Assembly (NCBI RefSeq): GCF_056746865.1
Contig: NZ_CM163382.1
Strand: one strand, 5' to 3'
DNA length: 64,000 bases
Positions within the stretch are counted from its first letter, which is position 1, and the number at the start of each line of letters is the position of its first letter. Below the pieces are notes generated by a model, which had not been told where the DNA came from, ran no database searches, and saw nothing but the letters and a program-made list of their open reading frames with translations. Both the position numbers and the translations under genes were made by a program. Below are positions 1 through 15,971 of this stretch, one piece after another.

Positions 1-433
1 CGTCATGTTGCTATGCGCGGGAATTTCGTTTTCACTGGCTGTTATCGACCCGGCAGCAGTGCATCTGTTGAGTTGGGCGGGGGCGGCATATATTGTCTGG
101 CTGGCGTGGAAAATCGCTACCAGTCCAACAAAGGAAGATGGGCTTCAGACAAAACCAATCAGTTTTTGGGCCAGCTTTGCTTTGCAGTTTGTGAACGTCA
201 AAATCATTTTGTATGGCATTACAGCACTGTCGACGTTTGTCCTGCCGCAAACGCAGGCGCTAAGCTGGATAATTGGCGTCAGCGTTTTGCTGGCGATGAT
301 TGGGACGTTTGGCAATGTGTGCTGGGCGCTGGCGGGGCACCTGTTTCAGCGATTGTTTCGCCAGTATGGTCGCCAGTTAAATATCGTGCTCGCGCTGCTG
401 CTGGTCTATTGCGCGGTACGCATTTTCTATTAA
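1..433 (+). CDS. eamB: LysE-family amino-acid exporter EamB/YfiK, C-terminal part (5' end outside window)
   Basis: ORF 5..433 translation is hydrophobic and matches the recalled C-terminus of E. coli EamB; position upstream of grcA-ung as in K-12. Confidence 0.8.
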   Translation, partial: VMLLCAGISFSLAVIDPAAVHLLSWAGAAYIVWLAWKIATSPTKEDGLQTKPISFWASFALQFVNVKIILYGITALSTFVLPQTQALSWIIGVSVLLAMIGTFGNVCWALAGHLFQRLFRQYGRQLNIVLALLLVYCAVRIFY

Positions 434-440
434 TGAAAAA

Positions 441-464
441 GCGGAAGAGGTCGCCCTCTTCCGC
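441..464. terminator. GC-rich hairpin between convergent eamB and grcA (bidirectional terminator)
   Basis: gcggaagagggcgacc/ggtcgccctcttccgc-type inverted repeat gcggaagaggtcgccctcttccgc read directly. Confidence 0.6.
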
Positions 465-486
465 TTAGTAACTTGCTACTTAAGCC

Positions 487-870
487 TTACAGGCTTTCAG
501 TAAAGGTACGAGCGATAACGTCGCGCTGCTGTTCCGGAGTCAGAGAGTTAAAGCGAACTGCATAACCGGATACACGGATGGTCAGCTGCGGATATTTTTC
601 CGGATGCTTAACTGCATCTTCCAGAGTTTCACGACGCAGAACGTTTACGTTCAGGTGTTGACCACCTTCAACGCGAACTTCTGGTTTCACTTCTACTGGA
701 ACTTCACGGTACTCAATGTCACCCAGTTTGCTTACTGCAACCACTTCGTCTTCTGCAAAACCTGCTTTCGCAACGATGCAACGCGCTTCGCCTTTTTCGC
801 TGTCCAGCAGCCAGAAAGAGTTCAGCAGATCGTCGTTAGCGGCTTTAGTAATCTGGATACCTGTAATCAT
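487..870 (-). CDS. grcA: autonomous glycyl radical cofactor GrcA (YfiD)
   Basis: ORF 487..888 contains the 127-aa GrcA sequence starting [14 protein letters not shown]; start trimmed to that Met. Confidence 0.92.
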
Positions 871-1174
871 GTGATGCCTCCCCGGCAAAATTATTTGATT
901 TGTTCAGCCTGTCGCGGCCAATTGGTAAAACCATTGTTGCTTGAGTGTATATATACTCCTCAAACACCCTTGAATCTTTGATTTAAATCAATAAAAACCA
1001 CACATCAAGTATGGTCGCAAATGGATTTTATTGTTTTACATCAACTTATGCAGGTGTGAAATTTTACCAATTTACATTTTTTTGCACTCGTTTAAGTCTA
1101 AAAAATGAGCATGATTTTGTTCTGTAGAAAGAAGCAGTTAAGCTAGGCGGATTGAAGATTCGCGGGAGAGCGAG

Positions 1175-1864
1175 ATGGCAAACGAATTAACCTGGCATGA
1201 CGTGCTGGCTGAAGAGAAGCAACAACCCTATTTTCTTAATACCCTACAGACCGTCGCCAGCGAGCGGCAGTCCGGCGTCACTATCTATCCGCCACAAAAG
1301 GATGTCTTTAACGCGTTCCGCTTTACAGAGTTGGGTGACGTTAAAGTGGTGATTCTCGGCCAGGATCCTTATCACGGACCGGGACAGGCGCATGGTCTGG
1401 CATTTTCCGTTCGCCCCGGCATTGCGACACCGCCGTCACTGCTGAATATGTATAAAGAGCTGGAAAATACTATTCCCGGTTTCACCCGCCCTAATCATGG
1501 TTATCTTGAAAGCTGGGCGCGTCAGGGCGTTCTGCTACTCAATACTGTGTTGACGGTTCGCGCAGGTCAGGCGCATTCCCACGCCAGCCTCGGCTGGGAG
1601 ACCTTCACCGATAAAGTCATCAGCCTGATTAACCAGCATCGCGAAGGCGTGGTGTTTTTGTTGTGGGGCTCACATGCGCAAAAGAAAGGGGCGATTATTG
1701 ATAAGCAACGCCATCACGTACTGAAAGCGCCGCATCCATCACCGCTTTCTGCGCATCGTGGGTTCTTTGGCTGCAACCATTTTGTGCTGGCAAATCAGTG
1801 GCTGGAACAACATGGCGAGACGCCGATTGACTGGATGCCAGTATTACCGGCAGAGAGTGAGTAA
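1175..1864 (+). CDS. ung: uracil-DNA glycosylase
   Basis: 229-aa ORF with [18 protein letters not shown] and HPSPLSA motifs typical of Ung. Confidence 0.95.
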   Translation: MANELTWHDVLAEEKQQPYFLNTLQTVASERQSGVTIYPPQKDVFNAFRFTELGDVKVVILGQDPYHGPGQAHGLAFSVRPGIATPPSLLNMYKELENTIPGFTRPNHGYLESWARQGVLLLNTVLTVRAGQAHSHASLGWETFTDKVISLINQHREGVVFLLWGSHAQKKGAIIDKQRHHVLKAPHPSPLSAHRGFFGCNHFVLANQWLEQHGETPIDWMPVLPAESE

Positions 1865-1911
1865 ATTTGCGGGGAAATGCCGGATGGCAGAGTTGCCACC
1901 CGGCTGATTTA

Positions 1912-2949
1912 TCAGGCTTTATTCTGACGCCACCATTCACCAAGCAAAACGCCGGTTGCGACAGAGATATTCAGCCCGGCAACGTTGCCCGTACCGTCAA
2001 TCTTCACGCGCAGATCGTTCGGATCGCGTGCGGCATCCGGTAACCCTTCATATTCCTGACCCAGCACCAGTACCATTTTCGCTGGCAGACTAGTTTTGAA
2101 CAGCGGTTTACCCTGCTCGCTGGAAGTGGTCACTACGGTGTAACCTGCCTGACGGAAATCATCCAGCACGTTAACAATGTTGTCGCCAGTAATCGGCTGA
2201 ACGTGCTCTGCGCCGCCTTCTGCGGTACGGATAGCCGCCCCCGACTCCAGCAGTGCCGCATCCTGCACCACGACACCTTTCACGCCGAAGTGCGCGCAGC
2301 TGCGCATCATGCCACCCAGGTTATGCGGGTTAGATTCGTTTTCCAGTGCCAGAACGCAATCCTGCGCGCCTGCCTGGCTTACCCACTGCTGCACGGTTGT
2401 ACCGTTACGCTTTTTGATCAGGAAGCAAACGCCGCCGTGATGTTCCGTGCCTGACGCTTTTGTCAATTCAGCTTCATCCACCACATGGTACGCTTTGCGG
2501 TTTGCCGCCATCCAGCGCAAGGCTTCTTTAAAACGTGGCGTTACGCTCTGGATAAACCAGGCGCGAACAATTGCTTCCGGACGGCTCTGGAACAGTGCCT
2601 GACATGCATTTTCGCCGTAGACGCGGGTTTCTTCCGCACGCTGACGACGCAAAACTTCCGGATCAATAAAACTTTTACCACTTATGCCACCGTGATCGGC
2701 CTTTTCCGGCGTCTCATCACCCGGCGCGCGGGAAACTGTACGCCAGGGCGACTCTTCCCACTTGCGGTCACGGGGCTGACTTTGTTTGTCATCGCGGGCG
2801 GGGCGACGGCCACCGTCAGCACGAGATTTTCCTGGACGCCCGCCCCCTTTCCCGGTACGCGGGTTGTGGGTACGTTTATCAGAATCATCATCACTGCGGA
2901 CATACATCACTTTGACCTTGCCGCTTTTACCTTTCATTTCATCGTTCAT
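1912..2949 (-). CDS. yfiF: SpoU-family RNA 2'-O-methyltransferase YfiF
   Basis: ORF 1912..3024; basic Arg/Gly-rich N-terminus plus SpoU-type C-terminal domain; start placed at MNDEMKG by recalled K-12 length. Confidence 0.8.
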   Translation of the reverse strand: MNDEMKGKSGKVKVMYVRSDDDSDKRTHNPRTGKGGGRPGKSRADGGRRPARDDKQSQPRDRKWEESPWRTVSRAPGDETPEKADHGGISGKSFIDPEVLRRQRAEETRVYGENACQALFQSRPEAIVRAWFIQSVTPRFKEALRWMAANRKAYHVVDEAELTKASGTEHHGGVCFLIKKRNGTTVQQWVSQAGAQDCVLALENESNPHNLGGMMRSCAHFGVKGVVVQDAALLESGAAIRTAEGGAEHVQPITGDNIVNVLDDFRQAGYTVVTTSSEQGKPLFKTSLPAKMVLVLGQEYEGLPDAARDPNDLRVKIDGTGNVAGLNISVATGVLLGEWWRQNKA

Positions 2950-3155
2950 GCTTTTCTCCACCAGCGCTGCGCGAAGCGCGCAGATTACCCGAAGTGCGCG
3001 CGGTTCGCCATGATTTCGTACCAAAGCCTGCGACTATCATACCTATTGAATAAAACAGATTGTTGTCTGGAACAATGTCCCCGATAATATGTAACATATT
3101 AGAAACATACCGGCGTCGTTGCCGATAAGTCTCCTTACTCATCCCGAGGTTAGTT

Positions 3156-3575
3156 ATGAATACCGTTTGTACCCATTGTCAGGCCATCAATCGCATTCCC
3201 GACGATCGGATCGAAGATGCGGCAAAATGCGGACGCTGCGGTCACGACTTGTTTGACGGAGAGGTTATTAATGCGACCGGTGAAACGTTCGACAAATTGC
3301 TGAAAGATGATCTACCTGTGGTGATCGACTTCTGGGCACCGTGGTGCGGTCCCTGCCGTAATTTCGCACCAATTTTTGAAGATGTCGCGCAAGAGCGTAG
3401 CGGTAAAGTGCGCTTTGTGAAAGTGAATACCGAAGCTGAACGTGAATTAAGCAGCCGCTTTGGAATTCGTAGCATACCGACGATCATGATTTTCAAAAAC
3501 GGTCAGGTTGTCGACATGCTTAATGGCGCAGTACCGAAAGCGCCGTTCGACAGCTGGCTGAACGAATCTCTTTAA
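3156..3575 (+). CDS. trxC: thioredoxin 2
   Basis: 139-aa ORF with N-terminal CxxC..CxxC zinc finger and WCGPC active site. Confidence 0.95.
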   Translation: MNTVCTHCQAINRIPDDRIEDAAKCGRCGHDLFDGEVINATGETFDKLLKDDLPVVIDFWAPWCGPCRNFAPIFEDVAQERSGKVRFVKVNTEAERELSSRFGIRSIPTIMIFKNGQVVDMLNGAVPKAPFDSWLNESL

Positions 3576-3643
3576 TCTTACCGGGGCGCATCTTGTGCCC
3601 CGTTTTCTCCTCTGCGACAATGGCGTTTTTTCGACACTCTCTT

Positions 3644-4342
3644 ATGACCGAAAACGCTGTTCTCCAGTTACGCGCCGAGCGTATTGCGCGCGCAACACGT
3701 CCTTTTCTTGCCCGCGGAAATCGCGTTCGTCGCTGCCAACGCTGTCTTTTGCCAGAGAAATTATGTCTCTGTTCGACAATTACCCCAGCACAAGCAAAAA
3801 GTCGCTTTTGTTTGCTGATGTTCGACACCGAGCCAATGAAGCCCAGTAATACCGGGCGTCTGATTGCTGATATTTTGCCTGATACCGTTGCGTTTCAATG
3901 GTCGCGTACCGAACCCTCGCAAGATTTGCTGGATCTGGTGCAAAACCCGGACTATCAACCAATGGTGGTCTTTCCCGCCTCGTATGCTGACGAGCAACGG
4001 GAAGTGATCTTCACACCACCTGCCGGTAAGCCACCGCTGTTTATCATGCTCGATGGCACCTGGCCAGAAGCTCGCAAGATGTTTCGTAAAAGTCCGTATC
4101 TGGATAATCTTCCCGTCATTTCCGTCGATCTTTCCCGGCTTTCTGCCTATCGCCTGCGTGAAGCCCAGGCTGAAGGCCAATATTGTACTGCCGAAGTAGC
4201 CATCGCACTGTTAGATATGGCCGGCGATACCGGGGCGGCGGCAGGGTTAGGCGAGCATTTTACCCGCTTTAAAACACGCTATCTGGCAGGAAAAACGCAA
4301 CATCTGGGTAGCATCACAGCAGAACAGTTAGAAAGCGTTTAA
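3644..4342 (+). CDS. yfiP: DTW-domain tRNA-uridine aminocarboxypropyltransferase YfiP (TapT)
   Basis: ORF 3593..4342 contains CQRC...LCLC cysteine motif and DGTW motif; start approximate. Confidence 0.75.
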   Translation: MTENAVLQLRAERIARATRPFLARGNRVRRCQRCLLPEKLCLCSTITPAQAKSRFCLLMFDTEPMKPSNTGRLIADILPDTVAFQWSRTEPSQDLLDLVQNPDYQPMVVFPASYADEQREVIFTPPAGKPPLFIMLDGTWPEARKMFRKSPYLDNLPVISVDLSRLSAYRLREAQAEGQYCTAEVAIALLDMAGDTGAAAGLGEHFTRFKTRYLAGKTQHLGSITAEQLESV

Positions 4343-4373
4343 AATCATTCGGTCACTTCTGCGGGAGACCGGT

Positions 4374-7034
4374 ATGAGTCAGCGAGGACTGGAAGCACTA
4401 CTGCGACCAAAATCGATTGCGGTAATTGGCGCATCGATGAAACCCAATCGCGCAGGTTACCTGATGATGCGTAACCTGCTGGCGGGAGGCTTTAACGGAC
4501 CGGTACTCCCGGTGACGCCAGCCTGGAAAGCGGTGTTGGGTGTGTTGGCCTGGCCGGATATTGCCAGCTTGCCCTTTACACCCGACCTTGCGGTTTTATG
4601 TACTAATGCCAACCGTAATCTTGTTCTTCTGGAAGTGCTCGGCGAGAAAGGCTGTAAAACCTGCATTATTCTTTCCGCCCCGGCATCGCAACATGAAGAT
4701 CTCCGCGCCTGCGCCCTGCGCCATAACATGCGCCTGCTAGGACCAAACAGTCTGGGCTTACTGGCTCCCTGGCAAGGTCTGAATGCCAGCTTTTCGCCTG
4801 TGCCGATTAAACGCGGCAAGCTGGCGTTTATTTCGCAATCGGCTGCTGTCTCCAACACCATCCTCGACTGGGCGCAACAGCGTGAGATGGGCTTTTCCTA
4901 CTTTATTGCGCTCGGCGACAGCCTGGATATCGACGTTGATGAATTGCTCGACTATCTGGCGCGCGACAGTAAAACCAGCGCCATCCTGCTCTATCTCGAA
5001 CAGTTAAGCGACGCACGACGCTTTGTTTCGGCGGCCCGTAGTGCCTCTCGCAATAAACCGATTCTGGTGATTAAAAGCGGACGTAGCCCGGCGGCTCAAC
5101 GTCTGTTGAACACCACGGCAGGAATGGATCCGGCGTGGGATGCGGCTATTCAGCGTGCCGGTTTGTTGCGGGTACAGGATACTCACGAGCTGTTTTCGGC
5201 GGTGGAAACCCTCAGCCATATGCGCCCGCTGCGTGGCGACCGGCTGATGATTATCAGCAACGGTGCTGCGCCTGCCGCGCTGGCGCTGGATGCCTTATGG
5301 TCACGCAATGGCAAGCTGGCAACGCTAAGCGAAGAAACCTGCCAGAAACTGCGCGATGCACTGCCAGAACATGTGGCAATCTCTAACCCGCTCGATCTAC
5401 GCGATGACGCCAGCAGTGAGCACTATATTAAAACGCTGGATATTCTGCTCCACAGCCAGGATTTTGACGCGCTGATGGTTATTCATTCGCCCAGCGCCGC
5501 TGCTCCCGCAACAGAAAGTGCGCAAGCATTAATTGAAGCGGTAAAGCATCATCCCCGCAGCAAGTATGTTTCTCTGCTGACGAACTGGTGTGGCGAGTAC
5601 TCCTCGCAAGAGGCACGACGATTATTCAGTGAAGCCGGGCTGCCGACCTATCGCACGCCGGAAGGAACCATCACTGCTTTTATGCATATGGTGGAGTACC
5701 GGCGTAATCAGAAGCAACTACGCGAAACGCCGGCGTTGCCCAGCAATCTGACCTCCAATACCGCAGAAGCGCATCTTCTGTTGCAACAGGCGATTGCCGA
5801 AGGGGCTACGTCGCTTGATACCCATGAGGTTCAGCCCATCCTGCAAGCGTATGGCATGAACACGCTCCCCACCTGGATTGCCAGCGATAGCACCGAAGCG
5901 GTGCATATTGCCGAACAGATTGGTTATCCGGTGGCGCTGAAATTGCGTTCGCCGGATATTCCACATAAATCGGAAGTTCAGGGCGTCATGCTCTACCTGC
6001 GTACAGCTAATGAAGTCCAGCAAGCGGCAAACGCTATTTTCGATCGCGTAAAAATGGCCTGGCCGCAGGCGCGGATCCACGGCCTGTTAGTGCAAAGTAT
6101 GGCTAACCGTGCTGGCGCTCAGGAGTTGCGGGTTGTGGTTGAGTACGATCCGGTTTTCGGGCCGTTGATCATGCTGGGCGAAGGCGGTGTGGAGTGGCGT
6201 CCTGAAGATCAAGCCGTCGTCGCGTTACCACCGCTGAACATGAACCTGGCCCGCTATCTGGTTATTCAGGGGATCAAAAGTAAAAAGATTCGTGCGCGCA
6301 GTGCGCTACGCCCATTGGATGTTGCAGGCTTGAGCCAGCTTCTGGTGCAGGTTTCCAACTTGATTGTCGATTGCCCGGAAATTCAACGTCTGGACATTCA
6401 TCCTTTGCTGGCTTCTGGCAGTGAATTTACCGCGCTGGACGTCACGCTGGATATCGCGCCGTTTGAAGGCGATAACGAGAGCCGGCTGGCAGTGCGCCCT
6501 TATCCACATCAGCTGGAAGAGTGGGTAGAATTGAAAAACGGTGAACGCTGCTTGTTCCGCCCGATTTTGCCAGAAGATGAGCCACAACTTCAGCAGTTCA
6601 TTTCGCGAGTCACCAAAGAAGATCTTTATTACCGCTACTTTAGCGAGATCAACGAATTTACCCATGAAGATTTAGCCAACATGACGCAGATCGACTACGA
6701 TCGGGAAATGGCGTTTGTAGCGGTACGACGTATTGATCAAACGGAAGAGATCCTCGGCGTCACGCGTGCGATCTCCGACCCTGATAACATCGATGCCGAA
6801 TTTGCCGTGCTGGTTCGCTCGGATCTCAAAGGGTTAGGCTTAGGTCGACGCTTAATGGAAAAGTTGATTACCTATACGCGAGATCACGGACTGCAACGTC
6901 TGAATGGTATTACGATGCCAAACAATCGTGGCATGGTGGCGCTGGCCCGCAAGCTCGGGTTTAACGTTGATATCCAGCTCGAAGAGGGGATCGTTGGGCT
7001 TACGCTAAATCTTGCCCAGCGCGAGGAATCATGA
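4374..7034 (+). CDS. patZ: protein lysine acetyltransferase PatZ/YfiQ (acyl-CoA synthetase-like + GNAT)
   Basis: 886-aa ORF, CoA-binding/ATP-grasp-like N-terminal part and C-terminal GNAT region; matches K-12 size and position. Confidence 0.9.
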   Translation: MSQRGLEALLRPKSIAVIGASMKPNRAGYLMMRNLLAGGFNGPVLPVTPAWKAVLGVLAWPDIASLPFTPDLAVLCTNANRNLVLLEVLGEKGCKTCIILSAPASQHEDLRACALRHNMRLLGPNSLGLLAPWQGLNASFSPVPIKRGKLAFISQSAAVSNTILDWAQQREMGFSYFIALGDSLDIDVDELLDYLARDSKTSAILLYLEQLSDARRFVSAARSASRNKPILVIKSGRSPAAQRLLNTTAGMDPAWDAAIQRAGLLRVQDTHELFSAVETLSHMRPLRGDRLMIISNGAAPAALALDALWSRNGKLATLSEETCQKLRDALPEHVAISNPLDLRDDASSEHYIKTLDILLHSQDFDALMVIHSPSAAAPATESAQALIEAVKHHPRSKYVSLLTNWCGEYSSQEARRLFSEAGLPTYRTPEGTITAFMHMVEYRRNQKQLRETPALPSNLTSNTAEAHLLLQQAIAEGATSLDTHEVQPILQAYGMNTLPTWIASDSTEAVHIAEQIGYPVALKLRSPDIPHKSEVQGVMLYLRTANEVQQAANAIFDRVKMAWPQARIHGLLVQSMANRAGAQELRVVVEYDPVFGPLIMLGEGGVEWRPEDQAVVALPPLNMNLARYLVIQGIKSKKIRARSALRPLDVAGLSQLLVQVSNLIVDCPEIQRLDIHPLLASGSEFTALDVTLDIAPFEGDNESRLAVRPYPHQLEEWVELKNGERCLFRPILPEDEPQLQQFISRVTKEDLYYRYFSEINEFTHEDLANMTQIDYDREMAFVAVRRIDQTEEILGVTRAISDPDNIDAEFAVLVRSDLKGLGLGRRLMEKLITYTRDHGLQRLNGITMPNNRGMVALARKLGFNVDIQLEEGIVGLTLNLAQREES

Positions 7035-7147
7035 GTAAGGTACTGGAAATGTTGACCACTTAATCGGGACTGGTGTTATTATTGCCCGCTTATGTCGTCT
7101 GCATTGCACAGAGGACCCTTCAATGAACAGAGAAGAAATGCACTGTG

Positions 7148-8503
7148 ATGTTGTCAAAATTTAAGCGTAATAAACATCAACAACACCTTGCCCAACTACC
7201 CAAGATTTCTCAATCAGTTGATGATGTCGATTTCTTTTACGCTCCCGCCGACTTCCGGGAGACGCTGCTGGAAAAAATAGCCAGCGCGAAGCAGCGCATT
7301 TGCATTGTCGCCCTGTATCTCGAACAGGATGACGGTGGCAAAGGCATTCTGAACGCGTTGTATGAGGCTAAAAGGCAGCGTCCGGAACTGGATGTGCGGG
7401 TGCTGGTCGACTGGCATCGTGCACAACGTGGACGCATTGGCGCTGCGGCATCTAACACTAACGCTGACTGGTACTGCCGCATGGCGCAGGAAAATCCGGG
7501 CGTAGATGTTCCGGTTTATGGCGTTCCAATCAATACCCGTGAAGCCCTTGGTGTTCTGCACTTTAAAGGCTTTATCATCGACGATAGCGTACTTTATAGC
7601 GGTGCCAGCCTGAACGATGTTTACCTGCATCAGCACGATAAATATCGCTACGACCGTTATCATCTTATCCGTAACCGTAAGATGTCAGACATTATGTTTG
7701 AATGGGTTACACAGAATATTATGAATGGCCGCGGCGTTAATCGTCTGGATGATGTTAATCGGCCAAAAAGCCCGGAAATCAAGAACGATATTCGTCTGTT
7801 CCGCCAGGAGCTGCGTGATGCCGCTTATCATTTCCAGGGCGATGCCGACAACGATCAGCTTTCCGTAACGCCGTTGGTAGGTCTGGGGAAATCGAGTCTG
7901 TTGAACAAGACCATTTTCCATCTTATGCCTTGTGCCGAGCAGAAACTAACCATCTGCACACCATACTTCAACCTGCCAGCAATCCTTGTGCGCAATATCA
8001 TCCAGTTACTGCGCGAAGGGAAAAAGGTCGAAATTATTGTTGGTGATAAAACCGCGAATGACTTCTACATTCCGGAAGATGAACCTTTCAAGATAATTGG
8101 CGCATTGCCTTATCTCTATGAGATCAATCTGCGTCGTTTCCTGAGCCGTTTGCAGTATTACGTCAATACTGACCAGTTAGTGGTTCGGTTATGGAAAGAT
8201 GACGACAACACCTATCACCTGAAAGGGATGTGGGTTGATGATAAGTGGATGTTGATCACCGGTAATAACCTGAACCCGCGCGCCTGGCGTCTGGATCTGG
8301 AAAACGCCATTTTGATCCACGATCCGCAACTGGAGCTTGCGCCACAGCGAGAGAAAGAACTGGAGCTGATCCGCGAGCATACCACCATCGTTAAGCACTA
8401 TCGCGATCTGCAAAGTATTGCCGATTATCCGGTGAAGGTTCGTAAACTCATCCGTCGTTTGCGCCGTATCCGCATCGACCGATTAATTAGCCGCATCCTG
8501 TAA
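7148..8503 (+). CDS. pssA: CDP-diacylglycerol-serine O-phosphatidyltransferase (phosphatidylserine synthase)
   Basis: ORF 7145..8503; two HxK-type PLD motifs (LHFKGFIID, YHLKGMWVDD). Confidence 0.93.
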   Translation: MLSKFKRNKHQQHLAQLPKISQSVDDVDFFYAPADFRETLLEKIASAKQRICIVALYLEQDDGGKGILNALYEAKRQRPELDVRVLVDWHRAQRGRIGAAASNTNADWYCRMAQENPGVDVPVYGVPINTREALGVLHFKGFIIDDSVLYSGASLNDVYLHQHDKYRYDRYHLIRNRKMSDIMFEWVTQNIMNGRGVNRLDDVNRPKSPEIKNDIRLFRQELRDAAYHFQGDADNDQLSVTPLVGLGKSSLLNKTIFHLMPCAEQKLTICTPYFNLPAILVRNIIQLLREGKKVEIIVGDKTANDFYIPEDEPFKIIGALPYLYEINLRRFLSRLQYYVNTDQLVVRLWKDDDNTYHLKGMWVDDKWMLITGNNLNPRAWRLDLENAILIHDPQLELAPQREKELELIREHTTIVKHYRDLQSIADYPVKVRKLIRRLRRIRIDRLISRIL

Positions 8504-8548
8504 TCACAACCCCGTCCTGTACGGGGTTTGTTTTTTGGAGGCCACGTT

Positions 8549-8872
8549 TTGCGTATTCTTTTTGTCTGCTCGCTATTGTTACTTTCTGGATGCAGCCATA
8601 TGGCTAACGATAGCTGGAGCGGGCAGGATAAAGCTCAACACTTTATCGCCTCGGCGATGCTTTCCGCCGCCGGAAATGAATATGCACAGCATCAGGGGAT
8701 GAGTCGCGATCGCAGTGCCACTTTCGGGCTGATGTTCTCTGTTGGGCTGGGCGCGTCAAAAGAACTTTGGGATAGCCGCCCCGAGGGGAGCGGCTGGAGC
8801 TGGAAAGATTTTACCTGGGATGTCGCCGGTGCAACTACCGGCTATACCATCTGGCAACTGGCGCATCACTAA
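8549..8872 (+). CDS. yfiM: lipoprotein YfiM
   Basis: ORF 8528..8872 with lipobox LLSGCS; precise start uncertain (non-ATG start likely). Confidence 0.7.
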   Translation: MRILFVCSLLLLSGCSHMANDSWSGQDKAQHFIASAMLSAAGNEYAQHQGMSRDRSATFGLMFSVGLGASKELWDSRPEGSGWSWKDFTWDVAGATTGYTIWQLAHH

Positions 8873-10167
8873 AGACGCATCCCTTTTCCTTTACGGTGCA
8901 ATGTTAGTGAAACCAGAAACGCCACCACGGCCATCAAGGTCACATACCAGAAGAAGGCTGTTTCCATTCCTATTGATTTCAGTGACAACGCTACGTACTC
9001 TGCTGAGCCACCAAATATCGCATTAGCGACGGCATACGACAGACCAACACCTAATGCGCGAACCTGGGCCGGGAACATTTCAGCCTTCAGTATTCCACTG
9101 ATTGAAGTATAAAAACTCACTATCAGCAGGGCGCACATCACCAGACCAAAAGCGGCATAAGGCGAAGAAACGTTCTGCAATGCTGAGAGAATAGGAACGG
9201 TAAAAATGGTTGCCAGAGAACCGAAACATAACATTGAGGTACGACGACCAATCTTATCCGACAGCGCGCCAATAAGTGGTTGAATAAGCATGAATACAAA
9301 CAATGCGGCAGTCATAATGCCACTCGCCACGTTGGCATGCATTCCCGCAGTATTTACCAGATACTTCTGCATATAAGTGGTGAAGGTATAGAAACAAAGG
9401 GAGCCCGCAGCGGTAAAACCGAGAACCATGATGAATGCACGGCGATTGCGCCATAATCCTTTCAGAGATCCAGCTTCTTTTAAAGCGCGTGTTTCTTGTT
9501 GTGAAGTTTCATCTAACTGACGACGTAACCACAACGCCACAACAGCTAACACAGCTCCTAACGCGAAAGGAATACGCCATCCCCACTCTCTAAGTGCAGC
9601 GTCTTCCATGGTGTGTTGTAAAACCACGACAACCAGTAGAGCTAGCAGTTGCCCGCCGATCAACGTCACATACTGAAATGATGCGTAAAAACCTTTGCGC
9701 CCTTCAACGGCAACTTCACTCATATAGGTGGCGCTGGTGCCATATTCTCCGCCAACGGATAATCCCTGGAATAAACGAGCAAGAAGCAATAATGCCGGAG
9801 CCCAGGTACCGATTGTTTCGTAGCCTGGCAAACAGGCGATAACCAGTGAGCCGAAACACATCATACACACCGATAACAGCATCGATTTTTTGCGACCATG
9901 TTTATCTGCTATGCGGCCAAATAGCCAACCGCCTATCGGGCGCATCAGAAATCCCGCAGCAAAAACACCTGCTGTTTGCAGTAGTTGAGTCGTCGTGTTC
10001 CCGGAAGGGAAGAAGATGTGGGCGAAGTAGAGTGAACAGAACGAGTAGACATAGAAATCGAACCACTCGACCAGATTACCTGAAGAGGCCCCCACAATTG
10101 CCCAAATGCGGCGACGAGTATCACTACTTGTCAGTTTGCTGTCTGCCGTTACAGTACTTTCAGCCAT
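8869..10167 (-). CDS. kgtP: alpha-ketoglutarate:H+ symporter (MFS)
   Basis: 432-aa hydrophobic ORF, MFS signature, K-12 synteny. Confidence 0.93.
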   Translation of the reverse strand: MAESTVTADSKLTSSDTRRRIWAIVGASSGNLVEWFDFYVYSFCSLYFAHIFFPSGNTTTQLLQTAGVFAAGFLMRPIGGWLFGRIADKHGRKKSMLLSVCMMCFGSLVIACLPGYETIGTWAPALLLLARLFQGLSVGGEYGTSATYMSEVAVEGRKGFYASFQYVTLIGGQLLALLVVVVLQHTMEDAALREWGWRIPFALGAVLAVVALWLRRQLDETSQQETRALKEAGSLKGLWRNRRAFIMVLGFTAAGSLCFYTFTTYMQKYLVNTAGMHANVASGIMTAALFVFMLIQPLIGALSDKIGRRTSMLCFGSLATIFTVPILSALQNVSSPYAAFGLVMCALLIVSFYTSISGILKAEMFPAQVRALGVGLSYAVANAIFGGSAEYVALSLKSIGMETAFFWYVTLMAVVAFLVSLTLHRKGKGMRL

Positions 10168-10435
10168 GCCATTATGTCTCCTGCCGTAATCCGATGCTTT
10201 TGTCGGTCGCTGTTGTTTATTTTTTTGGCAAAGAAAATGTTATACATTTGTTGCATATCATTATGCAACCTTAACCATGAATTTAGTTAGCAGGAAAATG
10301 GTTATTAAGGAGCTTAAGGATAGATTTCTGGTAAGGAGGAAGTATGGAAGTGGGCAATTTGGGGAAGCCGTATTCGCTGTTGAATCTGGCTTATGTGGGG
10401 GGATAATGCGGATATTTACACTCGCCGCAACTCTT

Positions 10436-10475
10436 CGTAGGTCGGGTAAGACGCGCCAGCGTCGCATCCGGCCTT
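10436..10475. repeat. REP-like palindromic unit between kgtP and the rrn operon
   Basis: cgtaggtcgggtaagacgcgccagcgtcgcatccggcc has the GCCGGATGCGACGC...GTAGGCCGGATAAG-type REP consensus. Confidence 0.55.
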
Positions 10476-10529
10476 CTTCTGCTCCAGCGCAAAAAGGCTA
10501 TCCTGACGGATGGCCTTCTGCTTAATTTG

Positions 10530-10650
10530 ATGCCTGGCAGTTCCCTACTCTCGCATGGGGAGACCCCACACTACCATCGGCGCTACGGCGTTTCACTTCT
10601 GAGTTCGGCATGGGGTCAGGTGGGACCACCGCGCTAAGGCCGCCAGGCAA
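10530..10650 (-). rRNA. rrfG: 5S ribosomal RNA
   Basis: Reverse complement reads TGCCTGGCGGCC...GGAACTGCCAGGCAT, the E. coli 5S sequence; a T1-like terminator hairpin lies at ~10490-10520. Confidence 0.95.
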
Positions 10651-10740
10651 ATTCTGTTTATCAGACCGCTTCTGCGTTCTGATTTAATCTGTATCAGGCT
10701 GAAAATCTTCTCTCATCCGCCAAAACATCTTCGGCGTTGT

Positions 10741-13644
<2,904 letters not shown>

Positions 13645-13828
13645 TCACAACCCGAAGATGTTTCACTTCAGAGTTGCGAAAATTTGAGAGACTCACGAAC
13701 AACTTTCATTGTTCAGTGTTTCAATTTTCAGCTTGATCCAGATTTTTAAAGAGCAAATATCTCAAACATCACCCGAAGATGAGTTTTGAGATATTAAGGC
13801 AGGTGACTTTCACTCACAAACCAGCAAG

Positions 13829-13904
13829 TGGCGTCCCCTAGGGGATTCGAACCCCTGTTACCGCCGTGAAAGGGCGGTGTCCTGGGCCTCTAGACGAAGG
13901 GGAC
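13829..13904 (-). tRNA. gltW: tRNA-Glu in the 16S-23S spacer
   Basis: Reverse complement is GTCCCCTTCGTCTAGAGGCCCAGGACACCGCCCTTTCACGGCGGTAACAGGGGTTCGAATCCCCTAGGGGACGCCA. Confidence 0.95.
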
Positions 13905-13989
13905 GTATCAGTCTGCTTCGCAAGACGCCTTGCTTTTCACTTTCTATCAGACAATCTGTGTGAGCACTGCAAAGCACAGTTCTTTAAGG

Positions 13990-15531
<1,542 letters not shown>

Positions 15532-15699
15532 AAAAGTTTGATGCTCAAAGAATTAAACTTCGTAATGAATTACGTGTTCACTCTTGAGACTTGGTATTCA
15601 TTTTTCGTCTTGCGACGTTAAGAATCCGTATCTTCGAGTGCCCACACAGATTGTCTGATAAATTGTTAAAGAGCAGTGCCGCTTCGCTTTTTCTCAGCG

Positions 15700-15860
15700 G
15701 CGCGGGGTGTGCATAATACGCTTTCCCGCTACAGAGTCAAGCATTTTTTGCTTTTCTCTGTTGAGATTCTCAGGAGAACCCCGCTGACCCGGCGGCGTGT
15801 TTGCCGTTGTTCCGTGTCAGTGGTGGCGCATTATAGGGAGTTATTCCGGCCTGACAAGCG
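15700..15860 (-). promoter_or_regulatory. rrn tandem promoters P1 and P2
   Basis: Minus strand reads CTTGTCAGGCCGGAATAACTCCCTATAATGCGCCACCACTG (P1; -35 at 15852-15857, -10 at 15830-15835) and GCTTGACTCTGTAGCGGGAAAGCGTATTATGC (P2; -35 at 15735-15740, -10 at 15713-15718). Confidence 0.85.
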
Positions 15861-15942
15861 AAAAATATAAAAACTTTATCGTTCGCTCATTTTTCAGGCA
15901 AAACATCTTAAATATAGTCTTTTCCGTCTAATTTATAGACAA

Positions 15943-15967
15943 AAACGAGCCCCGAAGGGCTCGTTTT
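15943..15967 (-). terminator. clpB terminator hairpin
   Basis: aaacgagccccgaagggctcgtttt hairpin plus T-run immediately 3' of the clpB stop. Confidence 0.7.
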
Positions 15968-15971
15968 ATCA

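Noticed and set aside
2203-3087. Plus-strand ORFs of 83 and 200 aa
   Set aside because: They are antisense to yfiF, whose Arg/Gly-rich coding region explains the open opposite frames.
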